Assembly: GCA_964036045.1 (NCBI GenBank)
Contig: OZ038378.1
Span: 29,822,001 to 29,886,000, forward strand
Reading direction: 5' to 3'
Source: Eutreptiella sp. 'Long Island Sound 2002'
Lineage: Eukaryota > Protista > Euglenida
Length of the DNA stretch: 64,000 nt
The first letter of the stretch is position 1, and each line of letters opens with the position of its first letter. Under the pieces are notes generated by a model, which saw only the letters and a list, made by a program, of their open reading frames with translations, did no database searches and had not been told where the DNA came from. This document shows positions 36,301 to 50,709 of the stretch, in pieces. Both the position numbers and the translations under genes were made by a program.

Positions 36301-39300
36301 CAGCTTTAGCGGTTTACAACACCAAGTATCCCTCGTCAACGGCTGGATTGTGGCTCTGGACCCCGACCTCTTGCTTTTTCACGGATCATGGGATCCCGCA
36401 GCAGTCCCGGACGCCATTCCAGACACGTACCAGGTGGTGTGCTCCGCAATCAGTGGTCCGGGCAGGGGCTGTGTAGTCGCCTGGCGCTGTGCCTTGGCAC
36501 CTGTGGGCTCACATGAAGTGCTGCATGACTGTGAGGATTGGCTCGCTGCACTCGTCCCTCTCCGACAACACGGCCTCCTGCTCGTGGCGGATGTCCACCT
36601 ACGCCCGAAGCTGCTACAATCCGGCAAACTCTGTTACCTACGACACATTGCAGCGCTTGAACCCGCCACCAAACCAGCGTGGATGCTGCTCGCAGGCGGT
36701 TTCAACACCCGCTACCGCCGAGGCACAGCTCTTAGCACCGCCCTAGGGCAATCGGGCTGTCTCCATCATGTCTAGCGGGTACTCCCTGCGGGCACCCCAA
36801 CTCATTGGGTCGACCGCCCAAGCCAAGCGTCGGCCAAAGACATCGACCATGTGTTCCTGTCCGGCGCAGTCTCGGGGGCCAACACAACCCTGTTCCCAAT
36901 GGCGAGCGTCCACATGGCCATCCTAGCCACCGTCACCCTGCGATCTACCGTGGTGGATCCCTTTGCGTGGAAGCGGTACCGTTGGGGTTTGCTGCAGCCC
37001 CCCGATGTGGCACGCTTGGCCATCTACATTGACATTCTATGGGCTTTCTTGGCCATCGTCCCGGCCGGCCCCGACCACTTCGTAGCCGCCGCTCATCCTG
37101 CGGCAGATGCCGCAGTTCCCTGCCGCTGTACCCCCCGTGCCGAGCTGGAGTCCCTTGCCCCCCACCCCTCGCCACACTCTCCTTCAGAGCCGAGCGCCCT
37201 AGCCTCTGAGATCACTCGCAGGGCCCAACAGCGAGGTTTTTACTCCCGCCGAGCCACCCTTCAGGCCACAGGCATCACAAGCTGCACGCACCGAGCCTTC
37301 CACCTTCCAACAACACCCTTGGCCCCGTTTGCCGACCTCACTCCATCCCCCGATGTGCAGCTGCCCTCACGCGTTGAGAGGTTGGCGGAAGGTTGCTCGC
37401 CAGCTGCGGTATGTGTAGGAGGACCGTTCCGGACATTAGACCTGGACAACCTGAATGAGTCCGTTCCCTGGGAGCCCTGGTTCCGTCTCTTCCGCCCTCA
37501 CCTAGACCTACTGCTCCACTTAGTTTTGGCTCTTATCGCAGCAGGATGCCATTCCTTGGACTCGTCTGGGGGCCGCGTCCCATGCGCAGTTCCTGGCTGG
37601 GCAGCCACTACTGTCCTGGGCCTAGATGCGGCAATTTGCGCACAAGGCCACTTCCCCGGCCACAGCTCTAGACAACATCCCGGCCCGCGTGCTCCGCCAC
37701 CTCACAGGGCGCTTAGTGGGCATCACAGCAGTGTTGGCCATGGCACGAGTAGGGGCGGCCACCGTCGCCAACCTCATTGTCCAATATGCCCTCTACAAGG
37801 GCTCCGGGCCACACAACGTTCTCAAGTCTTACCGGCCAGTATCCGTGGGGTCAGCGATCACCGGCATTGAAGGGAGCTGCGCATAGGCGCGCCTCAATGA
37901 CAGCATGGAGTTGGCAGCCACGCTCACGCCAGACGTGTTCGCTTACTGCAAGGGCTTGTAACAACAATACACGGCCCAAGCCGCGCGAGCCTCCACCAGC
38001 ACCACACTGCTGCGCTACGCCACTGTAGGGCTGGCCAAGTGAGATGAGAGCGACACGTACTTCCGCGTCATAGACTTTCAAACCACCTCCATCATGCGGC
38101 ACGCCCGGCTAGCCTGAGATTTCGGTCCCTAATCCAGCCAATTTTACAACCGCCAGTGCTTGTGCCCGGTGACCACAAATGGCTTCACTGAGCCCATTGC
38201 CACGGAGGAGGGGCACCAGCAGGGCCGCAGAGCTGCATGCGAAGGTTCCAATGCGTCCCAGGCCTTCTTATCCGCCGCCTTGCCCAAGCAGATGGACACT
38301 ACCATCCCCAGTGACCGCGGCCCCCTACCAGCTCACCACTTCTGCTTCAGCGACGAGCGCCCTACCCTCCGGCTTGTTGAGCAGTGCCTGTCCAACTGCC
38401 TACGGGTGTCTCAATGGATGGCCCGCATACCAAACCCCACCAAACTGGAGTTCTTCGCGGTTGAGCTTAGGAATGGCCAAATGTGTGCTGGCCCGGCCCC
38501 GGTTTCCGTCAAGTACAAGCCCACGAGCCCTGGGTCTCCTTAGATTGAGCACGTTCCGGTCATGCACAATGTGCCCCCCACAACGCGGATGAGCAAGTTC
38601 CTGAAGAGGGTCAAACGAGTTGTCATGTGTGACCAGCCCGATGATCTGGCCCCCAGCCCCCTCCTGCGCCTCTGAGCGGTCCACAGCTTTGCACTCATTG
38701 CTGCGGATTATGTCCTCTGTGGAGTCCTGATTGCCGAGCGCCACCTTGCCAATTGGCAGGCGTACCTCAGGAAGGCCTACCGCAGGGCACTGGGCATACA
38801 CAAATGCCCCCCCCCCCCTCTTTCCTGCATGGGCCGCGGAAGCGGGAGGTGGAGGAGTCCCTCTATTGTGGCTCACGAACGTGGTCCACCTCGCCTTGAC
38901 CTACGCCCAGGCATCCATCAGCCGCAATCCCTTGGCCCGCCACGCAGCGGTGGCCCTCGCGCGCTTGTCGTCCCCCATATCCAACAACACAGACCTGCGG
39001 ACCTTGCTCCGCCCCATCGGGCTAACGATGCACACTGCCCCCGACGAGATACTGCTCCGAGCCCTCATCCACACCGAGGGATCCCGGGACGGAGTCCCCC
39101 CCTAGTGACCCCCTGTACCTCAGCTCCGATGGCGCCCTCCGGGCGAACACAATCAGTGGAGGGTTCATGGTCTTTCACCATCGTCGAGGTATATCACTCA
39201 AAGGAACCTGCGCCCTCTAGACCTACAGCGGCACCCCCTCGGATGCCGAGTGGCTGGGCATATTGGCGGCCCTGCTCTCGGTATTGGGCTGCAGCAACCC

Positions 39301-41220
39301 TCTCATCCATGTAGGCGACGCCTCGCACACCACCTTCGCTGCATGGACCCACGGCACCCCTGAGCCCTCCATATGGGGCATCACCTTCTGCACCATCGCG
39401 CCGTGGCTAGCAATTGTGTCCTTTCAAGAATTCTGGACACCGGCTCAGCACAGGGGCCTCACGGCACGCCTCTTGTTGGACCGAAACGCTTTGGCCCGCG
39501 ATGCAGCCCAGGCCGGTGTTGAGTGAGCCAAGCCCTGGACCTACCTGGTTGGAGCTGTGCTCCGTGACACCGTCCTCTTCATGGCTACGGTGCATGAAGA
39601 GGACGGCTCGTGATCAATCTCACGGACTCCTGCGACAAAATCTACGTGGAGGCTGTAACTACCAGGTTGTACAAAGGCGTGGAACCGGCACCCTCGCTGT
39701 CGTCTCGATCCGCCCTTGAAGACCTCTTCCTGGAGGATGACCTCTCTGCCCGCGCCGTCTTGCACTCCATCCACAACCGGCTTTACGCGTGGGTAGCCAG
39801 CCCACCCCGGTTTGGCGTTGTGGTCTGCTCATACTGCTCCCACGCCTTCCACGACTTGCCCCGCCACGAAGCTTGGAAGTGCCGTGCCCTGCTGCCAGCA
39901 ATCCTCTACCCGGCTATTGCTGTGTGGCGTGCAGGGGCAGAGGGCCCCAGCCCACCCGGCGCTCAAGGGGCCATCCGCGTGGTGGCAGGCACCGTCCTCT
40001 GCCACGATGGCGTTCCCTCGTTGGCGCTGGGGGTGACGGCCATACCCACAGCTCCCCAGGCCCCTGTCACCCAAGCAAGCCGATGGACAGTGATATCAGT
40101 CGGAGGGCTAGCTGCGCAGTCCAACCCCCAGTCTCACCGGCCCCACTCCCTGCAAGCACTATTGAGGGTAGCCGTATCCGCCGCCCTTGCAGCTCCGAAG
40201 CCACTCGACAACCTAATTGCCTCCATCCCTACTTCGCTTGCTGGCCGCCCTCTTGCGTGGGATCCCTTCACCGAAGTACCGGGAGGTTTTACAAACGACC
40301 GCCCTGGGATGGCCTTAGCTGCAGAGGTATCTTTGGTGTTGACATGCGTGATGCGTGCGACTTGCTGGCGGTGAGTGCGCACGACGGGCTGGCCCGTGTT
40401 CCCACTCCCGCCCCAGCCGGTGGCGGGTGTAGTTGGCCAAGCAGATGTGGTCTATTGTGCGGACCTGAGCCTTGCAGCCATGCGTCAGGTGCTGCAGACC
40501 GCACCGTTCCCAGAGGGCCTTGTGGTGATCACTTCGAGCCCATATCCTCCCACAGCCTCGACCTCAGCTTAGGCCTTGGCCTTAAATGGGCTATCCGGTT
40601 GGGTTCCCTCGGCATTTGGATGACCCCAAGCACATATTTGTCTAGCCTGCACTCTTTGTCCGCCGCACAGTGAAGTGGAATCCGTAGACCCCTTGGGCTC
40701 CGCGGCGGCCACTAAACACCGGACGAGGTGCTTCCAAATGAGTGACTGCCCAATTGACTATGTGCTGGGCGCAAGGAAGGGCGCAAAGCTAGGAGGAGGG
40801 GCACTGCACAGCACAAGGCGCCACATAGGAGGTGGAGGGGGGGGGCGCACCACACACAGCACAGCCGCAACCCCCCGCATCTCGGAACTCCACCGCCAGG
40901 GTGCCGATGGCGTGGAGGAACTGCCCCGGCCCTATACAAAGGGAGCGTGAGTGGGTGGCGGGCGGCAACCTGCAGCCTCCAAGACCGTAGGGCAAAATAC
41001 CACACCGTACCATACACCCTTGCCCTGTGGTGCTGCCAACCTCTTGCATGGAGTTGGGGCTGAGGACGGTGCCTGCAACCTGCCCACGTTGCCTCCCCAC
41101 CGTTGCATGAGCCTGGTCGGGGGAGCCCCCCCCCCCCCCCCGACCGGCTCCGTCCAGTCTAGAAGAGCCCCGCACCCCTTGGTCATTGCGTGCCAAGCGC
41201 ATGAAATAAGAGAAAACATT
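33340..41220 (+). mobile_element. Large decayed GC-rich LINE (ORF1 with RRM/Zn-finger-like parts, APE endonuclease, RT, RNase H-like and CCHC-like C-terminus) inside the FIST intron
   Basis: EN: LAGGFNT and KDIDHVFL (36300-36870). RT: SYRPVSVG (37830), GHQQG (38210), FCFSDE (38340), NPTKLE. C-terminal CSYC...H...C (39820-39880). Broken by many stops, often TAG, and frameshifts; ends are approximate. Confidence 0.75.
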
Positions 41221-43057
41221 CCGCTCAATTAAAGGGGGGGGATTGACCCTGTCCCCTTCCCTTGCCACTACTCATGTACCTGAAGAAAAAATTACTGCTC
41301 AAAAACTCAATGAGACGGGTGAGGGCCCCTTCCTTCTTGGCACACACAAATTTATGACACCATTGCCTCACCGAAATTTGTGACATGGGGACATGGCACA
41401 ATACACTTTGTGTACAGGCTAACATTCCCCACCCTTTTGTCAGCGCACCACACAAACAATCCGTGGACTTTATGACAAGCCATAGCTGCTTGTGCGGTGC
41501 ATGTTGTTTGTGCCCATTGCCACAAAGCCCACCCGAAGATGTAGGCAATGCATGGCACGAAAACCGAGTCAGCACGCTGCTAGCACAATCTCTCCATAAC
41601 ACAGCATGACCATGCTCTAGCGGCCCAAAATTCTTTCCTTAAATCCATCCTTGGAGCTCATTCCATGTCATCCCAAATCCTTTCTGGGTGAGGCGCTCCA
41701 ATAACACCATGGAGGGGGGCTGGGGTCCTCCTTCCAATTTTTCGTTCTATGAGCACCATCCGAGCCAAGGTGCCAACGCTGAAGCCCGGCGCACCCGACC
41801 GTAGCACTTTGCCGCCAAGGGCCAATGACCTTGGCTCTTGGCACCCGCACCTCATATCAAGGAGGGCAGTTGCCTATTTTGGATGCATATGAGGGAGGGA
41901 CTGGTGTTGGATTGGAAGAAAGCAAGGTTGCACCCTAACCTCCCATGCCAGCAAGTGGCGTGCATGGGGCTTGAGGGACCGGCACACTACAAGGTGTTCC
42001 CTAATGCAAAAGAAGGAAAATGCCAAACAGTGTCAGTCATATTCAACCTGTAACCAACGTCTCAAAAAAAAAAAGGCGGCAGTGTGTCGGTGCTGGGTAG
42101 GAACTGCTTGCATACAATGCATATTACCCCCCAAAAGGATAAAAAAACTCACAACACACGGAAAGTAGCCAAGCATCGAAATAGGCACAAAGTGAAAAAG
42201 AATGCATCATTTTCCAAGCAAAATACTTAAAATGCATATGGACAAAATACTCCTAGGTTGGGTCCTTAGGGTCTCAAGTCATGGTCATGGTCGAACAATC
42301 AATTAGTAACATGCAATGTGAGGTAAAACCAGTTTGTCGGTGGTGCCAAATTGCTTGATTCCAAGGTAGACAAACAGAGATTGCTCCATATTACTCACCG
42401 CAATGGCCGCATGATAGCGCACGGAGGGGGCACATCACAGCGGATAGGGAGTGCATTCACAGTGTACCGGCACACACGTATGCCCAGAGGCTGGGTGGGG
42501 GATTATATCTGTATACGTGTATATGTGTAAGAGAGGACATGCTAGAGTTGAGGAATGTGGGTGGCAAAATTGCGCGTAAGCTACGGCTGCCTCCGCCGGC
42601 CATTCCCATGATGCATGCAATAATCGATGGCGCTCTCCTAACTCGGTGGGTGGACCGAAAGCTTGTACAATGGCCTGTGGATTGTGTCACCACCGCGGGG
42701 CGCAAAGGTGGGGTCACCTAGGCGACAAAAAGCGCAGCCAACATCACACTGCGAGCGCCTTTTCCCATTCACAACCCCCTAGTCGTTCATATTCGGTCTA
42801 CAAATCACGGATGTCTTGTATTTCACTTTCTTGCGAAACACGTGTTGCGGGCTGTGGTGCATGATCTCATTCACCGTGCTCGTTCCAACCACAAGTGGGT
42901 CAAAGACACCATGCCAAGAAACACAAGGGGTGTATGCCGCTAATCCGTTTCTAGGTAAAAGTAGGTTGTATTGATTATGCAGCTTTTTCTGCATGGTGTG
43001 ACGAGATGGGTTGCAGTATGGAGTTCGGCTGCCCACAGGCGTAGCACTAGTGGGTGA

Positions 43058-44360
43058 GCTAGAACAAAAATAGTAACTGCTTATCAGCCCCCCCCCCCTC
43101 CCTTGGAATGGCAGTAATTACATGGTACCCACAGACATGACATCACAGAGCACACAACAGCACACGGCACCTAACACCATAGGGTGCACACACCACACAG
43201 CGTGCCCTACCCAGCCAACCACCCAACAAACAACCCAAGCTGCCAAGCAACGCCACCTGCCAAGCAACCAACACACCCTTCAACCACCTAGACAGGCAAC
43301 CCTATCGCACGATACCCCACCACACCACGCCACACCACACCACATGACACACGACCACACCACATGACAATACTGTAGTCTCCTAAGGTGTAAAGTGGTG
43401 TGGTGTGCTGTGTTGTAGTCTGTTGCGGTGTGTGATCTGCTATGGTATGCTGTACTGTGCAGTGGCGTGGTGTGTTGTACTGTGTGGGGGGGTCGTGTGT
43501 TGTGGTCACATGACGTGCCCTGTGGTGTGCTGTGTATTCATGTGGTGTGGTTGGTGGGGTTGGTTGAATGGTGTGTTGGTTGCTTGGCAGGTGGGGTTGT
43601 TTGGCAGCTTCGGTTATTTGTTGGGTGTTTAGCCGGTTGCGGCATGCGGTGTGGTGTCTGCACCCTGTGGTGTGTGCTGTGGCATTCTGTTGTATGCTCT
43701 GTGATGTCACATCTGTGAGTACACCTGTATTTGCTGCCATTTCAAGGGAGGGGGGGGGCTGATAAGCACTTACTATTTTTGTTCTAGCGGCGTTCGCGGG
43801 GATTGTTCTAGCGGCGTTCTAGCGATGCTCTAGAGCGTCGCTAGATCTCCCTTGAAATGGCAGCAAATACAGGTGTACTCACAGATGTGACATCACAGAG
43901 CATACAACAGAATGCCACAGCACACACCACAGGGTGCAGACACCACACCGCATGCCGCAACCGGCTAAACACCCAACAAATAACCGAAGCCGCCAAACAA
44001 CCCAACCTGCCAAGCAACCAACACACCATTCAACCAACCCCACCAACCACACCACATGAAAACACAGCACACCACAGGGCACGTCATGTGACCACAACAC
44101 ACTACCCCCCAACACAGTACAACACACGACAGCCAATCACACACTACAGCAGACCGCAGGTCAGCACACCACACCACACCACACCACACCACACCAGATG
44201 ACACCCGACCACACCACATGACACTGCAACACACCAGAGCGCACCCCATCAGACCACAACACAACACACCACGCCACTGCACAGTACAACACACCACAGC
44301 AGATCACACACCACAACGGACTCCAACACAGCACAGCACACCACTTTACACCTTACGAGA
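43058..44360. repeat. Foldback structure: three arms in alternating orientation (+,-,+)
   Basis: Arm A 43058-~43370 and arm B ~43380-43788 share inverted termini GCTAGAACAAAAATAGTAA.TGCTTATCAGCCCC. Arm C 43847-44360 is the reverse complement of B: ORFs 43288-43740(-) and 43857-44201(+) differ at only 3 of their first 90 residues. Confidence 0.9.
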
Positions 44361-44661
44361 CAACAACACACCACAACACCGCACAGCATTGCATGGCATA
44401 CCTGCAATTTCAAAATTGCATTTCCTCATCAACATCAATAAACTCCAACAAAAAACCACCTGTGAAGCGAAGAACAGAACACCCTCCCAGACCCCTGAGT
44501 CCAACCCCCCCCCAAGGTAGTTCTCAAGCCCCCCCCCCCCTGAAAAATGTGTGACAAAAGCAAAGCCCCCCCCCCCCCCCTCACTAAGGGCTTGAAGGGA
44601 GGGCACCCCCACGGTGCCCGTGCCTGCGTCAAAGTGTGTGCGTGCATGTGTGTGCGTGTGC

Positions 44662-44694
<33 letters not shown>

Positions 44695-47063
44695 ATAATT
44701 TTTTTTCTGTGTTCTACCCAGGCTAATATATCGTTCTAGTATTGATCTAATCTAGGCTAGAACGATCTAGCTAGAGTGTTCTAGGCTAGATCAACATTGG
44801 GTCTTCTAGTGTGTACCAAGGGCCTTGCCCACAATGATGCCAGGTGCTTCCTGGGGACCTAGATCCTAGTGAGCAATGGCCAATATGTCCTTCTGCCGGC
44901 TGTGCTCGTATTTGTTACATGTGCATGCATCAACTTTGAACTTTCCATGCAAAATCTTTGCAGTGGAAGACTGCTCTAGACCATGTTGGCGAGCACTAGG
45001 CAATGAGGTGTGTGTACCAACACAATATGGATGGGTGAAAGTCATCCCGGAGAGAGAGAAGCGAGCTGGGCTAAGAAGCAATTGCATGTTAGCATCTCTA
45101 TGACAGGAGCCGCAGGGAAAGACAGTGGGTTGCAGCACACCAGTGTGATTGTGGGCAATATGGTGTATTTAGTCCATGTCCGAGCTGTGGGGACCGTTCA
45201 AAGGTCAGACTGCAACGCAACCATGCAAGCGACAGGAAGCAGCATCGTGGCCCGCCCTGTTGATAGTAGGGAATGGCTCCCTGTGGATGGGCCCCAGATG
45301 GCTGTCTTCACCAGTGACTGGCTTGGAATGATTTCAGGTTTCGGTGCCCTATGTGCCGTCGCGTGCTTAGTGTCGGGCATGAGCTCTTGCGGTCACTCTG
45401 CACTCAAAATGTGCATAGGGGTACATCAGCCTAACTAGCCACAACCTTGAGGCATAGTGTCCTCCATGCGCGCTATATCAATCAAACGTGATTCGTGTCG
45501 TATTTAGAGGTTACTCAAGCGATGTGGCCGGAACCCCGTAACAGAATAAAACCAAACGACAATTTGTTAATCGAATATACAACAATGTTGTAATTAGGGG
45601 TACCTCAACCCAAATGACCACATCCCAAGAATCATCATCCGCCAATATGGTGTAAGCCAAGCCCACCCCAGCAAGACAACCAGAGGTACTGGCTCCTCAA
45701 CTTAGCACTACTCGCATGGTAACCCGCGGGAAGGACATGAAACCTGCGTGCCCGCAATGGTTAGAGTCCGGTGTGTTGTGCACGTCCTCAAACCCGGGGA
45801 CTCATGGTAAGGTGTGGTGCAGATCGCATGACAACACAAGTAGTGTTCCCGGGTTAGTACCATGTGAGCACAAGCACGGAGTGTGAAAGTCCACAGGAAA
45901 AGATAGTAGTGGGCATCGGCGACCCTGTCCGCAACCACGGAAAGGGTGGTTGAAAAAAGGTTTGCGCGGGGGGAGGGGTCGTTCAAGCCCCTTTCTAACC
46001 CCCCCCCCCCCCCCCGCAATGCTCCGGTGAGAGACCCCCCACGTCCCTTGGGGACTCCGACCCACATGGAAAGGGGGGGGTATCTCCAACTCCAGCTCCA
46101 ACTCCAGCTCTGAGTCATGCAATGATTCAAGCTGTGCCTACAAGTCTCATTCCGATTCCTTTGATGTATCATCGTTGACATCTGCGTCCGAGTAGTTTGC
46201 ACCGTGTGTAATTCGCTTAGCCCACTTTATAATGGGGTTGGGCATTGCGACTCCTAACATGAAGCCTTGGGCGTAGTCGTCAGTATTTTCATTCTCCCCT
46301 GCCCCTCCATGGATCCTATGACGAAGGGTGCAACATCTGCGAGATACATTTCGCCTGAAAAAATCCACCCCTCCACAGATGTACCAATAAACTCCATCAT
46401 CGGACGCGGCCAGTAGGTCATGGGCTCCGGTCCCCAAAAAAATGCCACTTGCAAGCAGCAAAACAACAAACCTGTCACCCGAGCCCCTTTCCCAACCCCC
46501 CCCCCCCTTTCAAGGGGGGTCCAACGATGGGTATTTGACAAAACTTCGTACTAGACGAGGTAAAGCTTGGTAAAATTTGGTAAAACTTTGTAGAAGCAAG
46601 GGAGAACTTAGTAAAAATAAATATGCTAAGTTTTACCCCCCCCCCCCGCCTGCCGTTTTAAACAAGGTAGTCCACACTTCGATGGTAGGTGGTACTTTTG
46701 TTTAAGGGCACAAGGCCCCCGAGTCCATTCCCGGCCACTTGTGTTAGTGGCGCCCCACCAAGGCCAAACCATCATGCACACCAATTAGTTGGCACTCAGC
46801 CCACATAACACAATATGATTGGGATCGGGCACCACAAACAAACGTAGGCTCAAGAAAAGAGTCCTGACACGGCCATGGCCAACATCTGTGCCAACTACCA
46901 CAAATAGTTACAGAAGACACACTTGAAAATCAAGTCGGCCTTGGAATCTGCATGGCGCGGTTTGCCTCGCACCATGGGATTATAAGTGCATATCCCAAAT
47001 ATAGCCGTTGTCAACTCCCCTTGCAGCCCGGTGCAAAATGCTTGGTCATTTCTCAGTTGACCA

Positions 47064-47987
47064 TCAGCATAATCGGGGTACTGAGGAGGCACCGCATACC
47101 CCTTGCGACAAATCCACACACCGCGACAGGTGGTAGCAGCAGAAGCAACAACAACAAAAGAAGCAACAACAGTAGTAGGAAGGTTGGCCGCCAAGAATCG
47201 GCGCAATCCAACAAAAATCGCCGATTGACACAAGATAGACGGATGCAAAGTACAAAGAAGAAGGACAAGCTATGTGAGGTGTGCCATCACAAGAAAAGCG
47301 TTTGTCAACGGGGTCCACCGATTTGGGTTCGGTGTACATCTGAGCCACCTCCCAATGCAGTCCTAGGGTCCTCGGGGTGGAGGCTAACTTGCAACGGCTG
47401 AAGTACGTAGTAGCTTCAACTATTTCACGCAGCAACCACAATTTGTCATGTGGCACTTGCAATATGCCCTTCACAACGTGTCGAGATAGGGTGCAACGCA
47501 CTGTCAAGAGACATGCCGGATGGCAATTGACACCATCAATCTGCCCAATCAAGGTGGAGTGCAGGGGTGCAATTGTAAATGCAAGGGCACCGAAAGCATC
47601 CAACTCCTCCCGGATTGCGCCAACAATGCGTGGCTGGTCAGACAGGGGATCAAACTTAAGGCAAAGGTATTCGCGAGTTGGAGCAATCCACAACAAGGGA
47701 AGGACCCAATGCGAATTGTCCAAACTATAAACTTGCGCCACAATCAGGGTTGGTGCAAAAAACATATCAAGGGTCGGCATGTCTAAAGTGCGTTCCGCGC
47801 ACCACCCAACCAACTCCTGTCGGCGGTGTGGACTGGCACATAAGGCATTCAACAATGAGTCACGGAGAACCCACACCACACCCATTTGTTTCAAAAAAGT
47901 GCCACCCGTACCCCCCCCGCCCCAAGTACTCGGGGGTATGACACGGGGGGCGGCCAGTGTACGAATAGGGCCACCCCCCACTAGCAA
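47064..47987 (-). pseudogene. Ulp1/SENP-like (C48) cysteine protease relic, probably transposon cargo
   Basis: NSHWVL...KFDPLS...GQIDGVNC gives the H-D-Q-C order and spacing typical of Ulp1 proteases. The flanks are decayed. Confidence 0.6.
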
Positions 47988-48559
47988 TGCACATGGGGTC
48001 CCTCTGCCGCCATTCCATCCCCTACATGACTAGTAACAGTAATGAAGCAAACATTGCAAGAAAAAATAGAAACCGAATCGAGGGGTTTGGGGCAGAGGGG
48101 AGCGAACTTTAGTTGAGCACCCCGATGTGCCATGCACGTTCACAAGTGAAGAACACAACATACAACATTCAATGGAGGGGAAAACGCCAAGCCCCAGGTT
48201 TATTATGAACCCCAACATTTCCAATGAGCATGGGAAACATGACAGTGATTTGATGTTTAAAAGGTCTGTAACGATGCAATTCAATTTGATTGTCGGTCTC
48301 CCACATGCACTGCACCTGAGGGTGTGTCTACGACTCTTTACCCATGAATGATGAGCAAGCTCCTTCATCTGCTCAACAACAAAGTTTCGCAAACAACCAA
48401 GCAATAGTACAATGCATGCGTATTCCAATTGTATCATCCGTGCCCACGGGACCAAGAGTGGCTGATTTCTTCGTGCATGCCTCGGTGCCATTAGCACAGC
48501 TTTGCTTCGACGACAATGCTACAAACACGAAGGGCAAAAAGAAGACAGCAGCGGAACCA

Positions 48560-50590
48560 TCGTAGGTGGACCCCGGGTGGGCCGGTTACATAACCCTTGC
48601 CGCTTGGGGGATCCCCGGCCCTTCAGAGCGGGGGGGGGAAGGGGCGGAATCACAAGTAGCCCACAAGTGGGCCAGCTAGCTACATAACCCCAATATAACC
48701 CTTGCTAGCTGGGAAGTCCCCACCGCTTCATAGCGCAGGGGCGAGACCGGAGGCTGCCCACAAGTGGGCCGGGTGCGTACATAACCCCTGCTGCCTAGGG
48801 GGTCCCCACCACTTCACAGCACGTGGCAGAGTCAGGATTGGGGCACAAGTGGGCCAGGTGGCTGAATGACCCCTACATAACGCCTGCAGCCTGCGGAGTC
48901 CCGACCGCTTTAGAGCACGGGGGCGAAATCAAAAGTGGCCCGCAAGTGGGCCGGGTGGCTACATAACCCCTACCGCCTAGGTGGTCGCCACCGCTTCAGA
49001 GCGTGTGGCAGAATCAGGAGTGGCCAAAAAGTGGGCCGGGTGGCTACATAATCCCTGCTGCCTGCGGGGTCCCTACCGTTGTAGAGCGTGGGGCAAAATC
49101 AGAAGTGGCCTGCAAGTGGTCCGGGTGGCGACATAACCCCTTACGCGTGGGGGGTCCCCACCGCTTTAGAGCGCGGGGCAAAATCAGGAGTGGCCAACAA
49201 GTGGGCCGCGTGGGTACATCACCGTGCCGCTTGAGGGGTTCCCACTTCAGAGCTCGCGGCCAACTCAGAAGGGGCCCACAGGTGGGCCGGGTAGCTACAT
49301 AACCCTTGCCGCCTAGGGGGTCCGTAGCGCTTTCAGGGCGGGGGGCAGAATCGGGAGTGGCCTACAAGGGGGCCGGGTGGCGATATAACCCCTGCCGCCT
49401 GGGGGTCCCCATCGCTTTACATCGGGGAGGGCAGAATCAAGAGTGGCCCACAAGTGGCCAGCTGGGTACATAACCCTTGCCCGCTTCTGAGCGGGGGGCA
49501 GAATCACAAGCGGACTGCAAGTGGGCCGGGTGGCTACATAACCCTTGCCGCCTGGGGGGTCCCTATCGCTTCAGAGCGCGGGGCCAAATCAGGAGAGGCA
49601 CAAAAGTGGGCCGGCTGGCTACATAACCCGTACCGCTTGAGGCGTCCCCACCACTTCGGAGCTCGGGGCCAAAACAGGAGTGACCCACAAGTAAAGCGGG
49701 TGGCTACATAACCCTTGCCGCCTAGGGGCTCCCCACCGCTTCTGAGTGGGGGGCAGAATCGGGAGTGGCCCACACGTGGGCCTGGTGGCTACATAACCCC
49801 TGACGCGTGGGGGGTACCTAGCGCTTTAGAGCGCGGAACAGAATCAAGAGTGGCCCACAAGTGGGCCGGGTGGCTACATAACCCCCGCCGCTTGGGGGGT
49901 CCCCACCACTTAAGAACGGGAGGTAGAATGAGGAGTGGGCAACAAGTGGGTCGGGTGGCTACATAACCCCTGCCGCCATAGGTGTCCCCACCACTTGAGA
50001 GCGCGGGGCACAATCAGAAGTGGTCCACAAGTGGGCTGGGTGGTTACATGACCTCCGCCGCCTGGGGATCCCCACCGCTTCACAGCATGGGGCAGAATCA
50101 AGAGTGGCCTACAATTGGGCTGGGTGGCTACAGGACCCTTGCCGCCTCGTGAGTTTGGACCGCTTCAGAGTGGAGGGCAGAATCAGACGTGGCCCACAAG
50201 TGGGCAGGGTGGCTATATAACTCTTGCCACCTTGGGGGTCCTCATCGCTTCAAAGCGGGGGGCAGAATCAGGAGTGGCCCACAAATGGGCCGGGTGGCTA
50301 CATAACTGTCGCCGCCTAGGGGCCCCCTCCACTTTAGAGTGCGGGGCCAAATCAAAGGTGGCCCACAAGTGGGCCGGGTGGCTACATAAACCCTGACGTG
50401 TTGGCGGTCCCCACCGCTTTAGAGCGCGCGGGAAAATCAAGAGTGGCCCACAAGTGGGCCGGGTGGCTACATAACCCCCGCCACCTGCGGTGTCCCCACC
50501 ACTTCAGAGCACGGGGCGAAATCACAGGTTGGCCCACAAGTGGGGCAGATGGCTACATAACCCCGCTACTTGGGGAGTACCCACCGCTAA
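48560..50590 (+). repeat. Satellite array, ~85-bp unit, ~24 copies
   Basis: CACAAGTGGGCC anchors recur every ~85 bp (e.g. 49856, 49940, 50025, 50109, 50195, 50279, 50364, 50448, 50534). Consensus CACAAGTGGGCCGGGTGGCTACATAACCCCTGCCGCCTGGGGGGTCCCCACCGCTTCAGAGCGCGGGGCAGAATCAGGAGTGGCC. Confidence 0.95.
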
Positions 50591-50709
50591 GTTTTTCCTC
50601 TGCGGGTGGGGTTTTTACTAAGTAAATTACTTAGTAAAAAAATAGATGTATTTTTCTACTAAGTAAAAAAATTACCAAAAAGATAAGCTTTTCCTTGATT
50701 GTTGGTTGT

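Noticed and set aside
43122-44520. Thr/His/Cys-rich ORFs
   Set aside because: Products of the CA/TG-skewed foldback repeat with no protein signal.
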